Counted from the first letter of the stretch, positions 30,025 to 41,341 are shown. The stretch: DNA of 64,000 nt from Verrucomicrobiaceae bacterium (GCA_051252135.1 JBPOGH010000013.1:63325-127324), one strand, 5' to 3'. Notes: a model not told the origin generated them from the letters alone. Made by a program: numbers and translations.

Positions 30025-30840
30025 ATGAAAACAGCCCTCCTGATTCTTGGCTCAGCCCTGATCCTTCATGGGTCAGACACCGTCTTCGTCGAAAAAGGAG
30101 GGGTCGTCGCAATCGAAGCCGAGTCGACCGAATCCAGCCTGAAACGTTGGAAAAAAAAGACCGACGTCGCCGATTTCAGCGGCGAATGCCACCTCGAATT
30201 CACAGGCAACAAGCCGGAATCCGGGCCACCCGAATCTCCGCTAAAATACCACTTCAAGGTCAACAAACCGGGCAATTACCAACTCACCATCAGAGCCCGT
30301 AAACGCCTGGAAACAAAGCGCTCGGACATCTCAAATGATTGCTACGTCGCTCTCAAGGGCGACTTCGAATCAGGCGGCAAAGCTCCCCTCAAAATCCTCA
30401 AAACGGACACAAAGATCTTCGGAGGAAATGCCGATGACTGGGGATGGGCCGGCACCCTGGATTTCGATCACAAAAAGGAACCCGCCATCTACACTCTCGT
30501 CCCCGGCGAGATTTATCAGCTCACCATCTCCGGACGTTCCCAAAACTTCAACTTCGATCGCTTCCTCCTCGTTCATGAGTCCGAAAACCTCCGCGACTTG
30601 CAGCGCAAAAACCCACCCGAAAGCAAATCCGAAGGCGGGAGCAGCGATGGCGGACTCCTCCCCACCTACCCTCCACGCACCCTCACCAACAAGGATGGCG
30701 TCGCCATCGAGGTGAAGCTTGTCGAAAAAAAGGGCGAACGCATCATCGTCATCTTCAAAGGACGCCGCATCGAAATTGAAATCGCCACCCTCTCTGACGA
30801 AGATCGCAAATTCCTTAAAGAATGGCAGGGCGTCAAATAA
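30025..30840 (+). CDS. Secreted protein with carbohydrate-binding-like domain and C-terminal SHD1-like domain
   Basis: VVAIEAES; C-terminal RTLTNKDG..IE.KL...I..LSDEDRKF. Confidence 0.65.
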   Translation: MKTALLILGSALILHGSDTVFVEKGGVVAIEAESTESSLKRWKKKTDVADFSGECHLEFTGNKPESGPPESPLKYHFKVNKPGNYQLTIRARKRLETKRSDISNDCYVALKGDFESGGKAPLKILKTDTKIFGGNADDWGWAGTLDFDHKKEPAIYTLVPGEIYQLTISGRSQNFNFDRFLLVHESENLRDLQRKNPPESKSEGGSSDGGLLPTYPPRTLTNKDGVAIEVKLVEKKGERIIVIFKGRRIEIEIATLSDEDRKFLKEWQGVK

Positions 30841-30851
30841 CGCTCCCGGCC

Positions 30852-31475
30852 TCACTCCGGGCGCCCAAACTTCCCCCGCTCCCTCTCCACCGCATCACGG
30901 CAATGGCACCCTTCCAGGTGATCATTCACCAACCCCATCGCTTGCATAAAGGCATAGCAGGTCGTGGGACCCACAAAAGACCACCCGCGCTTCCGCAGGT
31001 CCTTGCTTAAGGCTGTCGATTCCTCCGTTTTCGTTAGCGTCATCGCCGTCGCATAATCGATCTTCGGTGGCCGTGATTGCGGCTCATGACCCCAAAAATA
31101 ATGCGCCAGCGAACCGAATTCCTCCACCATTTCAAGAGCCCGTTGCGCATTGTTGATCGTCGAAAGAATTTTCCCCCGATGCCGCACAATCCCGGCGTCC
31201 TGCACCAGGCGCTCCACATCCGCATCATCAAATAACGCCACCTTCTTGAAATCAAATCCCGCAAAACCCGCTCGAAAATTCTCCCGCTTTCGCAGAATCG
31301 TCAGCCAACTCAACCCGGCCTGAAATCCCTCCAGACAGATTTTCTCGAACAAACGGATATCCTCCGTCACCGGCCGCCCCCACTCCTCATCGTGATATTT
31401 CAAGTAATCCTCATGATGCTCCGGCCACCAGCACCGCACCCTTCCATCCTCACCTTTGATCAGTCCGTCCTTCAT
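30852..31475 (-). CDS. tag: DNA-3-methyladenine glycosylase I
   Basis: [39 protein letters not shown]. Confidence 0.97.
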   Translation of the reverse strand: MKDGLIKGEDGRVRCWWPEHHEDYLKYHDEEWGRPVTEDIRLFEKICLEGFQAGLSWLTILRKRENFRAGFAGFDFKKVALFDDADVERLVQDAGIVRHRGKILSTINNAQRALEMVEEFGSLAHYFWGHEPQSRPPKIDYATAMTLTKTEESTALSKDLRKRGWSFVGPTTCYAFMQAMGLVNDHLEGCHCRDAVERERGKFGRPE

Positions 31476-33019
31476 GAAAAATTCAATTTACGATCGAGGC
31501 TCCGGTATTGGATCGCCTCCAAAACATGATCCGCCGTCAGCTCATCACATCCCGCAAGGTCCGCAATCGTCCGCGCCACCTTTAAAATCCGGTCATGCGC
31601 GCGGGCCGAAAAATTCAGCTGGTCCATCGCTTGCTCCAGAAGCTGCGAACAGCTCGCATCCATCTCGCAGTGGGCCCGCATCACCTTCGGTCCCATATCG
31701 CTGTTGGTCCTCGTCGCAGGGAACTCCGCAAACCGCTTCAGCTGCAATTCACGACAAGCCATCACCCGATTCCGCACCGTCTCCGATGACTCGCTCTTTT
31801 CCTTCGAGGAAAGCTGCTTGAAATCGATCAACGGCACTTCCACATGTAGATCAATCCGGTCCAGCAAAGGCCCGCTGATCTTTTGCCGATACTGCTCCAC
31901 CTGTCGCGGAGAACACCGGCATTCCCGCTTCGTATCACCAAAAAATCCGCACGGACACGGATTCAGCGATGCCACCAAAAGCACCTTGGAATCAAAAGTG
32001 ATCGTCCCCGCCGCCCGGGAAATCGTCACATTCCCATCCTCGAGAGGCTGCCTCAGGACCTCCAGCGTTGACCGACGAAACTCCGGCAGCTCGTCCAGAA
32101 AAAGCACCCCGTTGTGAGCCAGCGAAATCTCTCCCGGCCCCGGATTGCTTCCCCCTCCCAAAAGCCCCGCATCCGAAATGGTATGATGCGGCGATCGAAA
32201 AGGACGATCCTGCACCAGACCCTCGCGGGCATTGAGAAGACCCGCCACCGAATGAATCCGCGTCGTCTCAATCGCCTCATCCTCGCTCATCGACGGCATG
32301 ATCGTTGCCATCCGCTTCGCCAGCATCGACTTCCCCGTCCCCGGCGGACCCACCATCAACAAATTGTGCCCACCCGCCGCCGCGATCTCCAATGCCCGCT
32401 TCACCTGATGCTGCCCCTTCACCTCATCCAGATCGATCGTGGGCTGGTCAAGTGAACGGGAACGCAACGCCGGCTTCGGCTCCGGCGCGAGGGTTTTGGC
32501 TCCACTGATAAACTTCCAGGCCTCATGAAGATTCTCGATTCCATAAACCTCCACCCCACTCACCATCGCGGCCTCCCGCGCATTCGCCGCCGGCACCAGG
32601 ACCCGCCGACGCCCGTTATTCTTCGCACCCAGCGCAATCGACAACGCCCCCTTGATCGGCCGGAGCGTCCCGTCCAATGCCAGTTCACCCACAATCAGCA
32701 AATCTTCGGTCAGCGCCGAAATATCTTCATTCTGCGCGCAGGCCGTCATCGCCAGCGCAATCGGCAAATCAAAGGAAGGTCCTTCCTTTCTCAAATCCGC
32801 CGGGGCCAAATTCACCGTGTTGATACCATACCCAAAAGGCAGTGCCGACGCAGTCAACGCCGTCGTCACCCGCTGCGCACTCTCCCGAACCGCCGCATCC
32901 GGCAAGCCCACAATGATCGTCCCCATCTTCTCCGAATCCCGGGAACTCACCTCCACCTCGACTTCCGCCGCTTCCACTCCAAGAAGTGCCGCACTGTAGA
33001 CCTTCGCAATCACCCGCAT
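31472..33019 (-). CDS. comM: YifB/ComM Mg-chelatase-like AAA+ ATPase
   Basis: [44 protein letters not shown]. Confidence 0.95.
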   Translation of the reverse strand: MRVIAKVYSAALLGVEAAEVEVEVSSRDSEKMGTIIVGLPDAAVRESAQRVTTALTASALPFGYGINTVNLAPADLRKEGPSFDLPIALAMTACAQNEDISALTEDLLIVGELALDGTLRPIKGALSIALGAKNNGRRRVLVPAANAREAAMVSGVEVYGIENLHEAWKFISGAKTLAPEPKPALRSRSLDQPTIDLDEVKGQHQVKRALEIAAAGGHNLLMVGPPGTGKSMLAKRMATIMPSMSEDEAIETTRIHSVAGLLNAREGLVQDRPFRSPHHTISDAGLLGGGSNPGPGEISLAHNGVLFLDELPEFRRSTLEVLRQPLEDGNVTISRAAGTITFDSKVLLVASLNPCPCGFFGDTKRECRCSPRQVEQYRQKISGPLLDRIDLHVEVPLIDFKQLSSKEKSESSETVRNRVMACRELQLKRFAEFPATRTNSDMGPKVMRAHCEMDASCSQLLEQAMDQLNFSARAHDRILKVARTIADLAGCDELTADHVLEAIQYRSLDRKLNFS

Positions 33020-33073
33020 TGAATACTGTTCATGAAAACAGTTGTCAATACGCCGGATCGAAAACTCCTCCGC

Positions 33074-34153
33074 CTACGATTCACTCCAGCCCGCCCGACT
33101 CACTATCTGCGTGACCAACAACGACGCGTCCCGCATCAGAATCTCCAGCGGAAAATTGAGATCGCTGAGCGAAAGCGTCTCATCAAAAAGCGAACCCGCC
33201 TCCGGCGATACAAAACCGGCAACACCCACCACCCGCTTCCCCGCAGCCCGCGCCATCGCCGCCACCCCAGCCGGCCCCTTGCCATCCAGCGTCTGCCCAT
33301 CAAGCGACCCTTCCCCCGTGATCACCAGGTCCGCCTGCGCGATCTTCTCCTCCAGCTTCAGCGCCTGCGCCACCAGCTCAAACCCACTCACCAACTCAGC
33401 CCCGCAAAAATGCCGGAGCCCAAAACCCAATCCACCCGCCGCTCCCGCCCCGGGAAACGTATGATCCCCGCCCAGCACTCCCGCAAGATGACTCAGGGCC
33501 GCCTCCAGTTTCTTCAACTCATCCGGCTTCGCACCCTTCTGTGGACCAAAAACCGCCGTCGCCCCCTGCGGCCCCAGCAAAGGATTGGTCACATCACAAG
33601 CCACCGTAATCGGCGGCAACGCGATCAATCCCGAAAGATCAACCGAGGAAATCTCCAAAAATTGATCCGGAATCGGCAGCGTCGCCTGACCCGAGGCATG
33701 CTTGAAGACCACCCCCAACGCCTCCGCCATCCCCGCCCCCGCATCGTTCGTGGCCGATCCCCCGATCCCAATCAAAAGCCGCTTCGCCCCACTCTCCTCC
33801 ACCGCATGACGCATCAGCTGTCCCGTCCCATAGGTGTTTGAAAAGAGCGGATCCAACTCCGCCTTCTCGATCCGCCAAATCCCGCTCGCAGCCGACATCT
33901 CAATCACCGCCGACCCGTCATCCAGCAACGCATAGTCCGTTGCCCGATCACGCCCCAGCGCATCCCGACACGTCGTCGTAACCTTCTTCCCCGGCGCCGC
34001 CGAAAGAATCGCGTCCACAAATCCCTCACCACCATCCGCAATCGGACACAGTTCCGCAACCGCCCCCGGAAGACCTGCCGCGATCGCCTGACAGGCCTCC
34101 ATCGCGCTCAGCGATCCTTTAAATTTATCACAGGCAATCAGGACATTCATCAT
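33074..34153 (-). CDS. glxK: Glycerate kinase
   Basis: DKFKGSL, ADGGEG, GGSATNDAG, GAGAAGG, TGEG.LD.QT..GK. Confidence 0.95.
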   Translation of the reverse strand: MMNVLIACDKFKGSLSAMEACQAIAAGLPGAVAELCPIADGGEGFVDAILSAAPGKKVTTTCRDALGRDRATDYALLDDGSAVIEMSAASGIWRIEKAELDPLFSNTYGTGQLMRHAVEESGAKRLLIGIGGSATNDAGAGMAEALGVVFKHASGQATLPIPDQFLEISSVDLSGLIALPPITVACDVTNPLLGPQGATAVFGPQKGAKPDELKKLEAALSHLAGVLGGDHTFPGAGAAGGLGFGLRHFCGAELVSGFELVAQALKLEEKIAQADLVITGEGSLDGQTLDGKGPAGVAAMARAAGKRVVGVAGFVSPEAGSLFDETLSLSDLNFPLEILMRDASLLVTQIVSRAGWSES

Positions 34154-35874
34154 TCATATGGAAGGTGTTTTCGCTTGTTAGTCAACCAGCGTGATTGATA
34201 CGGGGCAAAGTAAATTTCTCCCGCCTCCTCGCTCAGTTCACTCCCGTCCAGCAAATCGATCCATTCTTCGGTCGCAATGAGATTCACACTCGATAACGGC
34301 AGAACCTGCGGTGCCGGTGTCATATTGTGAAAACAAAAGATATTCTGCCTCCGATCCAACGACTGCCTCCAGAACCCAAAGATCTCATCCCCCAAATGCA
34401 GCGTGAACTGCGTCGCATTCGGATGAAATGCCGCCTGCTCTTTCCGGATCCCGATCAGACCCTTCAATCGCCTCAACACCCGCGCATGAGGGCTACTCTC
34501 ATCTTCCAGCTCCGCCTCCAACTTGGCCAACTCCCACTGATGCCGGTTGATGTGCCGGTTGTGCCCCGAAGCATCGGCCTTCGCATCATCATTCCGCGTT
34601 CCCAGCAGACTGTGTATGTAAAACGCCGGCATCCCCTCCAGAGCCAGCAGGATCGTATGGGCACAAATAAACCGCTCCTCCCCCATCCCGTCCCTCCCCT
34701 GAAAGGCATCAAACAAGCTGATATTAATCTCATACGGCCGCTTTGATCCATCCGGCAGTGACCGCTCGGACACCCGCCCCCCGGATGACTTCATCGCCTC
34801 CACCAGCTCATCAATCTCACCATCCGTCAGCAGCCCCTCGGCCGGACGCAGCCCGATCCCGTCATGCGACGCCAGAAAGTTGAAAAACGTCGTCCCCGGT
34901 TGCGCCGGCGGCATACTCATCAACCAACGCCGCAAATACTGGCAGCTTCCCACCGTCATCCCGTGAAGCAGCAGCGGCGGTAGCGAAAAATTGTAAATCG
35001 CATGCGCCTCGTTCCCGTTCCCGAAGTACGAGAGATTCTCGCGATTCGGCAGGTTCGTCTCCGTAATGATCACCGCATCCGGCTTCACATGCTCAATCAG
35101 CGTTCGAAACAAACGAATGATCTCATGCGTCTGGGGCAAATTGATACAACTCGTCCCAATCTCCTTCCAAATGAAGGCCACCGCATCGAGACGGAAGATC
35201 GACACCCCGTGATCCAGATGATCCCGAATGATCTTCACCAACTCCACCAACAGCTGCGGCTCGGAAAAATTGAGATCAATCTGGTCATGCCCGAAGGTGC
35301 ACCAGACGTGCTTCTCACCCGTCGGTCGCAACAACGGACTCGTCCGGGGACGCACCACCTGGGAGAGATCCTCCTCCGGCGATACCTCCACGAAATAAGA
35401 CACCCCCGGCTCCTCCCCCCGCTGATACTGCGCAAACCACTCGTGCGAGCCCGAACAATGGTTCACCACCAGATCAGACATCAGTCGATAGTCCTGCGCC
35501 AATGCCTCAATATCCCCCCAATCTCCCAGCGGAGGATTGACCGTAAGATAATCCGACACCGCAAACCCATCGTCCGAAGTCCACGGAAAATACGGCAGCA
35601 CATGCACCGTCGAAAGCACCCCTCCCAAATGCCGGTCCAAAAATCCCTTCAACACCCTCAACGGAGCATCCTCACCCAAAATACTGTCCCCGTATGTGAT
35701 GACCGTGACATCTTTCTCCGACCAATGATTCGCAAATGGCACCGGCTCATAAAAATGCTCACGCAGACTCATCGCATCGACCAATTGATCACGCAACACC
35801 CCGTGATCCCCCTCGCCGTAGATCGATACAAGGTGGTGATCAACCCGGTCTAAAAGTAACTCCAGCGGACTCAT
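34150..35874 (-). CDS. GH13_18 phosphorylase, probable glucosylglycerate phosphorylase
   Basis: SDDGF, RLDAVAF, ITETN (not EIH/EVH), ASHDGIG, YEIN; adjacent to gpgS and gpgP. Confidence 0.88.
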   Translation of the reverse strand: MSPLELLLDRVDHHLVSIYGEGDHGVLRDQLVDAMSLREHFYEPVPFANHWSEKDVTVITYGDSILGEDAPLRVLKGFLDRHLGGVLSTVHVLPYFPWTSDDGFAVSDYLTVNPPLGDWGDIEALAQDYRLMSDLVVNHCSGSHEWFAQYQRGEEPGVSYFVEVSPEEDLSQVVRPRTSPLLRPTGEKHVWCTFGHDQIDLNFSEPQLLVELVKIIRDHLDHGVSIFRLDAVAFIWKEIGTSCINLPQTHEIIRLFRTLIEHVKPDAVIITETNLPNRENLSYFGNGNEAHAIYNFSLPPLLLHGMTVGSCQYLRRWLMSMPPAQPGTTFFNFLASHDGIGLRPAEGLLTDGEIDELVEAMKSSGGRVSERSLPDGSKRPYEINISLFDAFQGRDGMGEERFICAHTILLALEGMPAFYIHSLLGTRNDDAKADASGHNRHINRHQWELAKLEAELEDESSPHARVLRRLKGLIGIRKEQAAFHPNATQFTLHLGDEIFGFWRQSLDRRQNIFCFHNMTPAPQVLPLSSVNLIATEEWIDLLDGSELSEEAGEIYFAPYQSRWLTNKRKHLPYE

Positions 35875-37100
35875 GACTTTGCGGCAAACTCCTCCTGATC
35901 GGCCTCAACAGCCTCAATCAAACGTGGGAAAATATCCGGCACCGCACTCGTCACCCGACTCCAGCTCGGAATAAAAGGACGCTCCATCGGGGACTCCAGA
36001 TACGACTTGCCCGCATCAATGATGTTCTGCGCAAAGAGCTCCACCGCCTCCTCCTCCGCGTGCACATCCACACTCAACCCGTTCATCACCGCATCATTCT
36101 TATAGCGCTCCACAAAATCCAGGGCATTGCGAAAGTAAGCCGCCTTCACCGCCCGGAAGAGCGCCTTGTTCAGCACCTCTCCCTCCGTCGCCAGCTTCCG
36201 GAATAACAACTTGCAAATATCCACCGACATCTTCGACAAACCCTTCGACTGATCGTCCGCCGACACATCCTGATGCTTGTGGTCATATCGATCCGCAATA
36301 TCCACCTGACACACCTTGTTCGGCGAATAATTGCGATACATCTCGGAAAGAATCCCCATCTCCAGCCCCCAGTCACTCGGCAACCGGATGTCCGGTATCA
36401 CATCACGCCGAAACGAAAACTCCCCCGCCAGCGGATAACGAAACCCATCCAAAAACGAAATGTAATCATTCGCCCCCAACACCTGCTCCAGCGACCGCAA
36501 CAGCGGCGTAATCAACAAGCGCGTCACCCGCCCGTTCAACTTCCCGTCAGCCACCCGCGGATAATACCCCTTCGCATACTGATAGCTGAAATTCGGGTGC
36601 GCCATCGGGTAAATCAAACGAGCCAGCAGACTCCGGTCGTAAGTCACAATATCGCAATCATGCAGCGCAATCGCTTCCGCCTCATCCCGCGCAATCGTAT
36701 AACCCAGACAATACCACACATTGCGCCCCTTTCCCGCTTCCGTCGGCGCCAGACCATGTCCCGCCAACTCGGCATCAAGCGCCCTCAACCTCGGTCCGTC
36801 GTTCCACAGCACCCGATGATGCTGGGGCAACTTGTCAAAAAATGATAACGCATGCCGATACTGCGCCTCATCAGCCCGATCCAACCCGATCGTGATCTCG
36901 CCCAAGTACGAAACATCTTTTAGTTCCTCCACAATCTTTGGCAACGCCTCTCCCTCCAACTCGGAAAACAAGGAAGGCAGAATAAGCGCCATCGGCCGCT
37001 TCTTTGAAAATTTCTGCAGTTCGGATTCCAATTCATCAAGCGAGCGGTCCGTCAGATTGTGCAAGGTCGCGATGGAACCATTTTGGTGAAAGTCAGCCAT
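35871..37100 (-). CDS. gpgS: Glucosyl-3-phosphoglycerate synthase family glycosyltransferase
   Basis: MADFHQNG, GKGRNVW, HDCDI, GRVTRL, YPLAGEF, DWGLE, YDHKHQ. Confidence 0.88.
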   Translation of the reverse strand: MADFHQNGSIATLHNLTDRSLDELESELQKFSKKRPMALILPSLFSELEGEALPKIVEELKDVSYLGEITIGLDRADEAQYRHALSFFDKLPQHHRVLWNDGPRLRALDAELAGHGLAPTEAGKGRNVWYCLGYTIARDEAEAIALHDCDIVTYDRSLLARLIYPMAHPNFSYQYAKGYYPRVADGKLNGRVTRLLITPLLRSLEQVLGANDYISFLDGFRYPLAGEFSFRRDVIPDIRLPSDWGLEMGILSEMYRNYSPNKVCQVDIADRYDHKHQDVSADDQSKGLSKMSVDICKLLFRKLATEGEVLNKALFRAVKAAYFRNALDFVERYKNDAVMNGLSVDVHAEEEAVELFAQNIIDAGKSYLESPMERPFIPSWSRVTSAVPDIFPRLIEAVEADQEEFAAKS

Positions 37101-37122
37101 GTCGTGTTATCGTGTTTGTGTG

Positions 37123-37893
37123 TTAAAAAAGCTCATCCAGTAAATCATTCATCACCTCCGCCCACCCCTCCGGCCCCTCACCCTTGCTCCGGATCAGCCT
37201 CTTCCCCATCGGCACCTCCAGACGCCCCCCCTTGGGAGACGCAATCACCACCCCGATATCGGCCCGCTCCAGCATCGCCACATCATTCGGACTGTCACCC
37301 AGCACGATCACGCTCTCCGGCTCATAAACCTCTCGTAAAACCTCCAGCGCCCTCCCCTTGTCCGTCCTCCCAAGCACGTGCAAAAACCGCCCACCTTCCA
37401 GAGTCCTCAGCCCCCTCCGCTTCACCTCTTCACAAAATCGCAATTTCTCCTCCTCCGTCCCCCGCCACACCAACGGCTCACTAAACTCTCTCTCCCCTGC
37501 CAAACGAGCATCTTCCTCACCCAGCCCCGTCTCCCGCATCACCCCCTCCAGCCCCAATTCCTGAAACCCCGTAAAATCAAACGTCCCACCCATCTCATTG
37601 AGGAAATCAAAAATCACCTCACGCCTCTCCCCCAACACCCTCGTCTCCCCGTCCCGGAGGATCACCGCCGAGCCATTCTCCACCACAAAAGCCTCCTCGT
37701 TCGCAAATCGCCCCCGCATCGCCATCCACTCCGCCCGTGTCTTGCTCGTATTCGCCACCACCGGCACCTTCAGCGCCGCCAGGCGCTCCAGCACCGGCAG
37801 AACCTCCTCGAACCCGTAATCATCATGATTGAGCAAAGTCCCGTCGAGATCAGTCACCACCAGCATCCGCGGTCGTTCCATATTCTCACTCAT
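37123..37893 (-). CDS. gpgP: HAD-IIB glucosyl/mannosyl-3-phosphoglycerate phosphatase (start uncertain: 37881-37902)
   Basis: TDLDGTLL, TSKT.AE, ENG, REFSEP, GGRF.H, GDSPND. Confidence 0.88.
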   Translation of the reverse strand: MSENMERPRMLVVTDLDGTLLNHDDYGFEEVLPVLERLAALKVPVVANTSKTRAEWMAMRGRFANEEAFVVENGSAVILRDGETRVLGERREVIFDFLNEMGGTFDFTGFQELGLEGVMRETGLGEEDARLAGEREFSEPLVWRGTEEEKLRFCEEVKRRGLRTLEGGRFLHVLGRTDKGRALEVLREVYEPESVIVLGDSPNDVAMLERADIGVVIASPKGGRLEVPMGKRLIRSKGEGPEGWAEVMNDLLDELF

Positions 37894-37917
37894 CCCTTCC
37901 ATGCCTGAAACGATCGT

Positions 37918-37933
37918 AGCGCAGACCATGCCA
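37918..37933 (-). promoter_or_regulatory. Candidate sigma-54 promoter for the gpgP-gpgS operon
   Basis: TGGCAT-GGTCT-GCGCT (GG-N10-GC). Confidence 0.55.
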
Positions 37934-37973
37934 AGTTCCAACGCCGACCTCTCTCAGCTCCCCTGCTCGCCAC

Positions 37974-38006
37974 AAAAAAAGGCCGAACCAATCGGTTCGA
38001 CCTTTT
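37974..38006. terminator. Intrinsic terminator
   Basis: A7-GGCCGAACC-AATC-GGTTCGACC-T4. Confidence 0.75.
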
Positions 38007-38028
38007 GAAAACCACTTGAAGTCTCCCT

Positions 38029-38862
38029 CTATCGCTTGCGACGGAGAAGGAAACTCGCTCCCAGAAGTGCCATGATCCCGGTGGATGGCTCGGGAACCTG
38101 TGAAAGCTGGAATCCATTCACCGCCAGGATTTGGCGATGAACTGCGGTATCGGCCAAAACACCATAGCGGATCACGACGTCATCCGTTCCATTGGCCGTA
38201 AAGGTGGTATTGTAAGTGGAAGCAAGAGTCTCAGCTGACCCCGTGGTGGTCGGACTTGGATTCGCAGGATTGCCTCCGCCAGTGGAAGAGGTCATCGCAC
38301 CCGTCTCAACAGCTGAAAAGGTGGTGCCTCCATCGATGGAAACTTCGACCGTATAACCGGCCCACACATTCTCGGTATCGTGGTGAAACGAGCGGTAAGC
38401 GTAGTCGGCTGCTGCCAAACCACCCAGATTAAAGGTCAGGTAGGTGGGAGTTCCCGTCGTTCCATCCCAGTTTCCGTTTCCACCATTGCTGGTCCGGGTA
38501 TCGATCCCGATAAAGTCGGTGAGAAGATCAAGATTGGAACCGGTCCAGGTCGCATCGTTGGTAGGTCCGCGGTCGATCGACTGACGAACATTGATATCAG
38601 TGGTATTCGGCCAGTCTGGAGTAAGCGTTACAGTCGCTGCTCCGGTCAGTGCAAAAACGGGATTGTAGGACGCTGTGGCTCCTGGCGTAGTTCCACTTCC
38701 CAAATCGGTCGCATTTTCATGACCGGCATCATAAGACTGATAACCGGCTTCGGGATGGGGTCCGCCATCTTGGGAAGTAGAGTTAAAATCCACCCATAGT
38801 GAGCCTTGGGCAACAGCTGGTATGACGGCTAAAGCAGCCAGAACATGTGTGTGTTTTTTCAT
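38029..38862 (-). CDS. PEP-CTERM sorting domain protein
   Basis: Signal peptide; C-terminal VPEPSTGIMALLGASFLLRRKR. Confidence 0.9.
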   Translation of the reverse strand: MKKHTHVLAALAVIPAVAQGSLWVDFNSTSQDGGPHPEAGYQSYDAGHENATDLGSGTTPGATASYNPVFALTGAATVTLTPDWPNTTDINVRQSIDRGPTNDATWTGSNLDLLTDFIGIDTRTSNGGNGNWDGTTGTPTYLTFNLGGLAAADYAYRSFHHDTENVWAGYTVEVSIDGGTTFSAVETGAMTSSTGGGNPANPSPTTTGSAETLASTYNTTFTANGTDDVVIRYGVLADTAVHRQILAVNGFQLSQVPEPSTGIMALLGASFLLRRKR

Positions 38863-39003
38863 AGCGATCCATACCCTATCGGTTCGGACTCTCCCCTGAC
38901 AAGGCGCAATCAGGAAAAGATATAAGGAGCATTAAAAGATCAACTTTCCCGTAACGGATTCACAGGATCAAAGGAAACGTTATACTCGAATCAGAGACCC
39001 GAA

Positions 39004-39312
39004 TCAGAGGCGATATTCGCCGTCCTCATCCGTCCCATACCACCCCAATTCACGGAACGCGCTGATGATCGGAATCTCAAGATGATCATCCTCACCTTCG
39101 GCATACTCAATCGTCGCCTGACTGCTCATCCCACGCTCGGACTCGATGCTAATCACCGTCTTCTCACCCTCAAAGTTGATCCAGTCACCCCAGTCCTTCT
39201 TATCGTGGACCGCCTTGAGATTGTATTCTTTCAAGGCCGCTACGACTTCAATAATTGACGATGGCTTTTCGGTGGCTGGGAGATGAACGCGTGTTTCCAT
39301 GTTTGTGCCCAA
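39004..39312 (-). CDS. Hypothetical acidic protein (start may be 39300)
   Basis: About 100-aa ORF filling the gap, co-directional with neighbours. Confidence 0.65.
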   Translation of the reverse strand: MGTNMETRVHLPATEKPSSIIEVVAALKEYNLKAVHDKKDWGDWINFEGEKTVISIESERGMSSQATIEYAEGEDDHLEIPIISAFRELGWYGTDEDGEYRL

Positions 39313-39364
39313 TTAGTTTCCACCAACTAGGCACATTGGGGCAAGGGTGAATCGTCAAAAAAGT

Positions 39365-40504
39365 CTACACTTTGACCCAACCGCCTTTTTCATGACTCTC
39401 CCAGGACTTCTCGGCCAACTCCACTCCCTTCGCACCCTCGCGCAAAGTCCATGGAAACGGCTCATCCCTCGCAACATGCTTGAGAAAGAGCTCCCACTGC
39501 ACCTTGAAGGCATTGTCGCAAGGACCGGGATCAATCACCTCCCAATTGGCGTAGTAATCAATCGGGCTATCCACATCAGGATTCCATATCGGACGCGGCG
39601 TGTTCTCCAGACTCTGCGCCCAGCATTTCCGCAGCCCCACGATCGCGCTCCCCTTCGTCCCATCAACCTGCATCGTCAGCAAATCATCACGACGCACCCG
39701 CACATCCCACGATGAGTTGAACTGGCAAATCACTCCCGTCTCGGTCTTGAACAAGGCATAAGCCGCATCATCCGCCGTGCACTTGTAGGGCTCGCCGTCT
39801 TCTCCGATCCGCTCCGGCAAATGGGTCGCCGCATGCGTGAAGACCTCTGTCACCTCACCAAAGAGCTGATCGATCACGTAGCGCCAATGGCAATGCATAT
39901 CGATGATGATCCCCCCACCGTCTTCATTCCGGTAGTTCCAGCTCGGACGCTGCGCCGGCTGATCACTGTCGTGACCGGTGAACACCCAATATCCAAACTC
40001 GCCACGCACACTCAGAATCTCCCCAAAGAAACCCTCTTCCTTCAGCTTCTTATACGCTAAAATCCCCGGCAGCCACAGCTTGTCCTGCACCGTCCCGTTC
40101 TTCACGCCCGCAGCCTCAGCCACTTCCGCAATCCCATACGCCTTGCTCGACTCAACTGCCGTCGGCTTCTCACAATAAATGTGCTTCCCCGCTGCAATCG
40201 CCTTCTCCAGAAAATTCACCCGATAAGGCGTCCCCGAAGCATCAAAGAAAATCGAATAGTAATCATCCGCCAACACCGCATCCAAATCAGCGGAATACTT
40301 CTCCACCCCATATTGCTCCGCCAGTGCCTTCAGCTTCGCTTCATTCCGTCCCGTCAAAATCGGGTCCGGCATCAGCATCACCCCGTCACCAAGATCCACC
40401 CCGCCTTGCTCGCGGATTGCTAAAATCGAACGCACCAAATGCTGGTTCGTTCCCATGCGTCCGGTGACGCCATTTAAAATAACTCCAATTGTTTCTGTAC
40501 TCAT
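39365..40504 (-). CDS. Gfo/Idh/MocA oxidoreductase
   Basis: NGVTGRMG, HIYCEKP, QRPSWNYR..DGGG. Confidence 0.92.
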   Translation of the reverse strand: MSTETIGVILNGVTGRMGTNQHLVRSILAIREQGGVDLGDGVMLMPDPILTGRNEAKLKALAEQYGVEKYSADLDAVLADDYYSIFFDASGTPYRVNFLEKAIAAGKHIYCEKPTAVESSKAYGIAEVAEAAGVKNGTVQDKLWLPGILAYKKLKEEGFFGEILSVRGEFGYWVFTGHDSDQPAQRPSWNYRNEDGGGIIIDMHCHWRYVIDQLFGEVTEVFTHAATHLPERIGEDGEPYKCTADDAAYALFKTETGVICQFNSSWDVRVRRDDLLTMQVDGTKGSAIVGLRKCWAQSLENTPRPIWNPDVDSPIDYYANWEVIDPGPCDNAFKVQWELFLKHVARDEPFPWTLREGAKGVELAEKSWESHEKGGWVKV

Positions 40505-41328
40505 AATTCGTTTCGGTAAATGTTGTCGTAGGCTTCCAGTATCGTATCCAAAAATTCATCCTGGTCCCGCTCCCACCACTTCGCGGAAAAGATCTCCACT
40601 TCCTTCCGCCCCTCAAATCCCGCCGCACCCATCATCCGGTCGATGTCCCGCAGCGCCACACATCCCTCACCCATGATCCCCCGATCTAACAGAATGTGCG
40701 ACTGGTCCGGCTTGAAATCACAGATGTGATACGCATCCAGCCATCCGTTCTGCGCCGCCCGCTCAATCTGCTCCTCCAGATCCAGCTCCCACCACACATG
40801 ATACACATCCAGCGCAATCCCCACATTCGCATGATTCAACTCCTCACACAAATCGTTCGCCACCTTCATCGAGGGAATCCCCGAGCGATCCCCCGCGTAG
40901 AGCGGATGCAGCGGCTCCACCAACAAGCGCACCCCCATGCTCTGCGCCTGATCCGCAATCTCCCCGATCCCATCCCGAATCTGCGCGTAATTCTCCTTCG
41001 GCGTCTGACCCACCGTCGCCCCGCATACCAGCACCAGCGATGGCAACCCCACCATCTCGGCCTCCTTCAGCGCCTGCCGGTTCTCCTCCTGCCCCGCCTT
41101 CCGCTTCGCCTCCGTCTCCCCCGTAAAAAATCCACCCCGCACCAAAGAAATCCCCTCCAGACCCGCATCCTCCAGATGCTTCCCCACCGAACACAAATCC
41201 TCCCCCTCCAGCGTCTCGCGCCAAATCGATATCCCCCCGATCCCCCGCTTCGCGTACCCCTCGATACATTCTGTCAGAGACCACGGCTTGGTCGTAAAGG
41301 TGTGCACTGCTAACTCCGGATAACTCAT
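40501..41328 (-). CDS. Sugar-phosphate isomerase/epimerase (xylose-isomerase-like TIM barrel)
   Basis: EPLHP, DVYHVWW, HICD, EVEIFS. Confidence 0.9.
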   Translation of the reverse strand: MSYPELAVHTFTTKPWSLTECIEGYAKRGIGGISIWRETLEGEDLCSVGKHLEDAGLEGISLVRGGFFTGETEAKRKAGQEENRQALKEAEMVGLPSLVLVCGATVGQTPKENYAQIRDGIGEIADQAQSMGVRLLVEPLHPLYAGDRSGIPSMKVANDLCEELNHANVGIALDVYHVWWELDLEEQIERAAQNGWLDAYHICDFKPDQSHILLDRGIMGEGCVALRDIDRMMGAAGFEGRKEVEIFSAKWWERDQDEFLDTILEAYDNIYRNEL

Positions 41329-41341
41329 CTTTAAAAAATCT

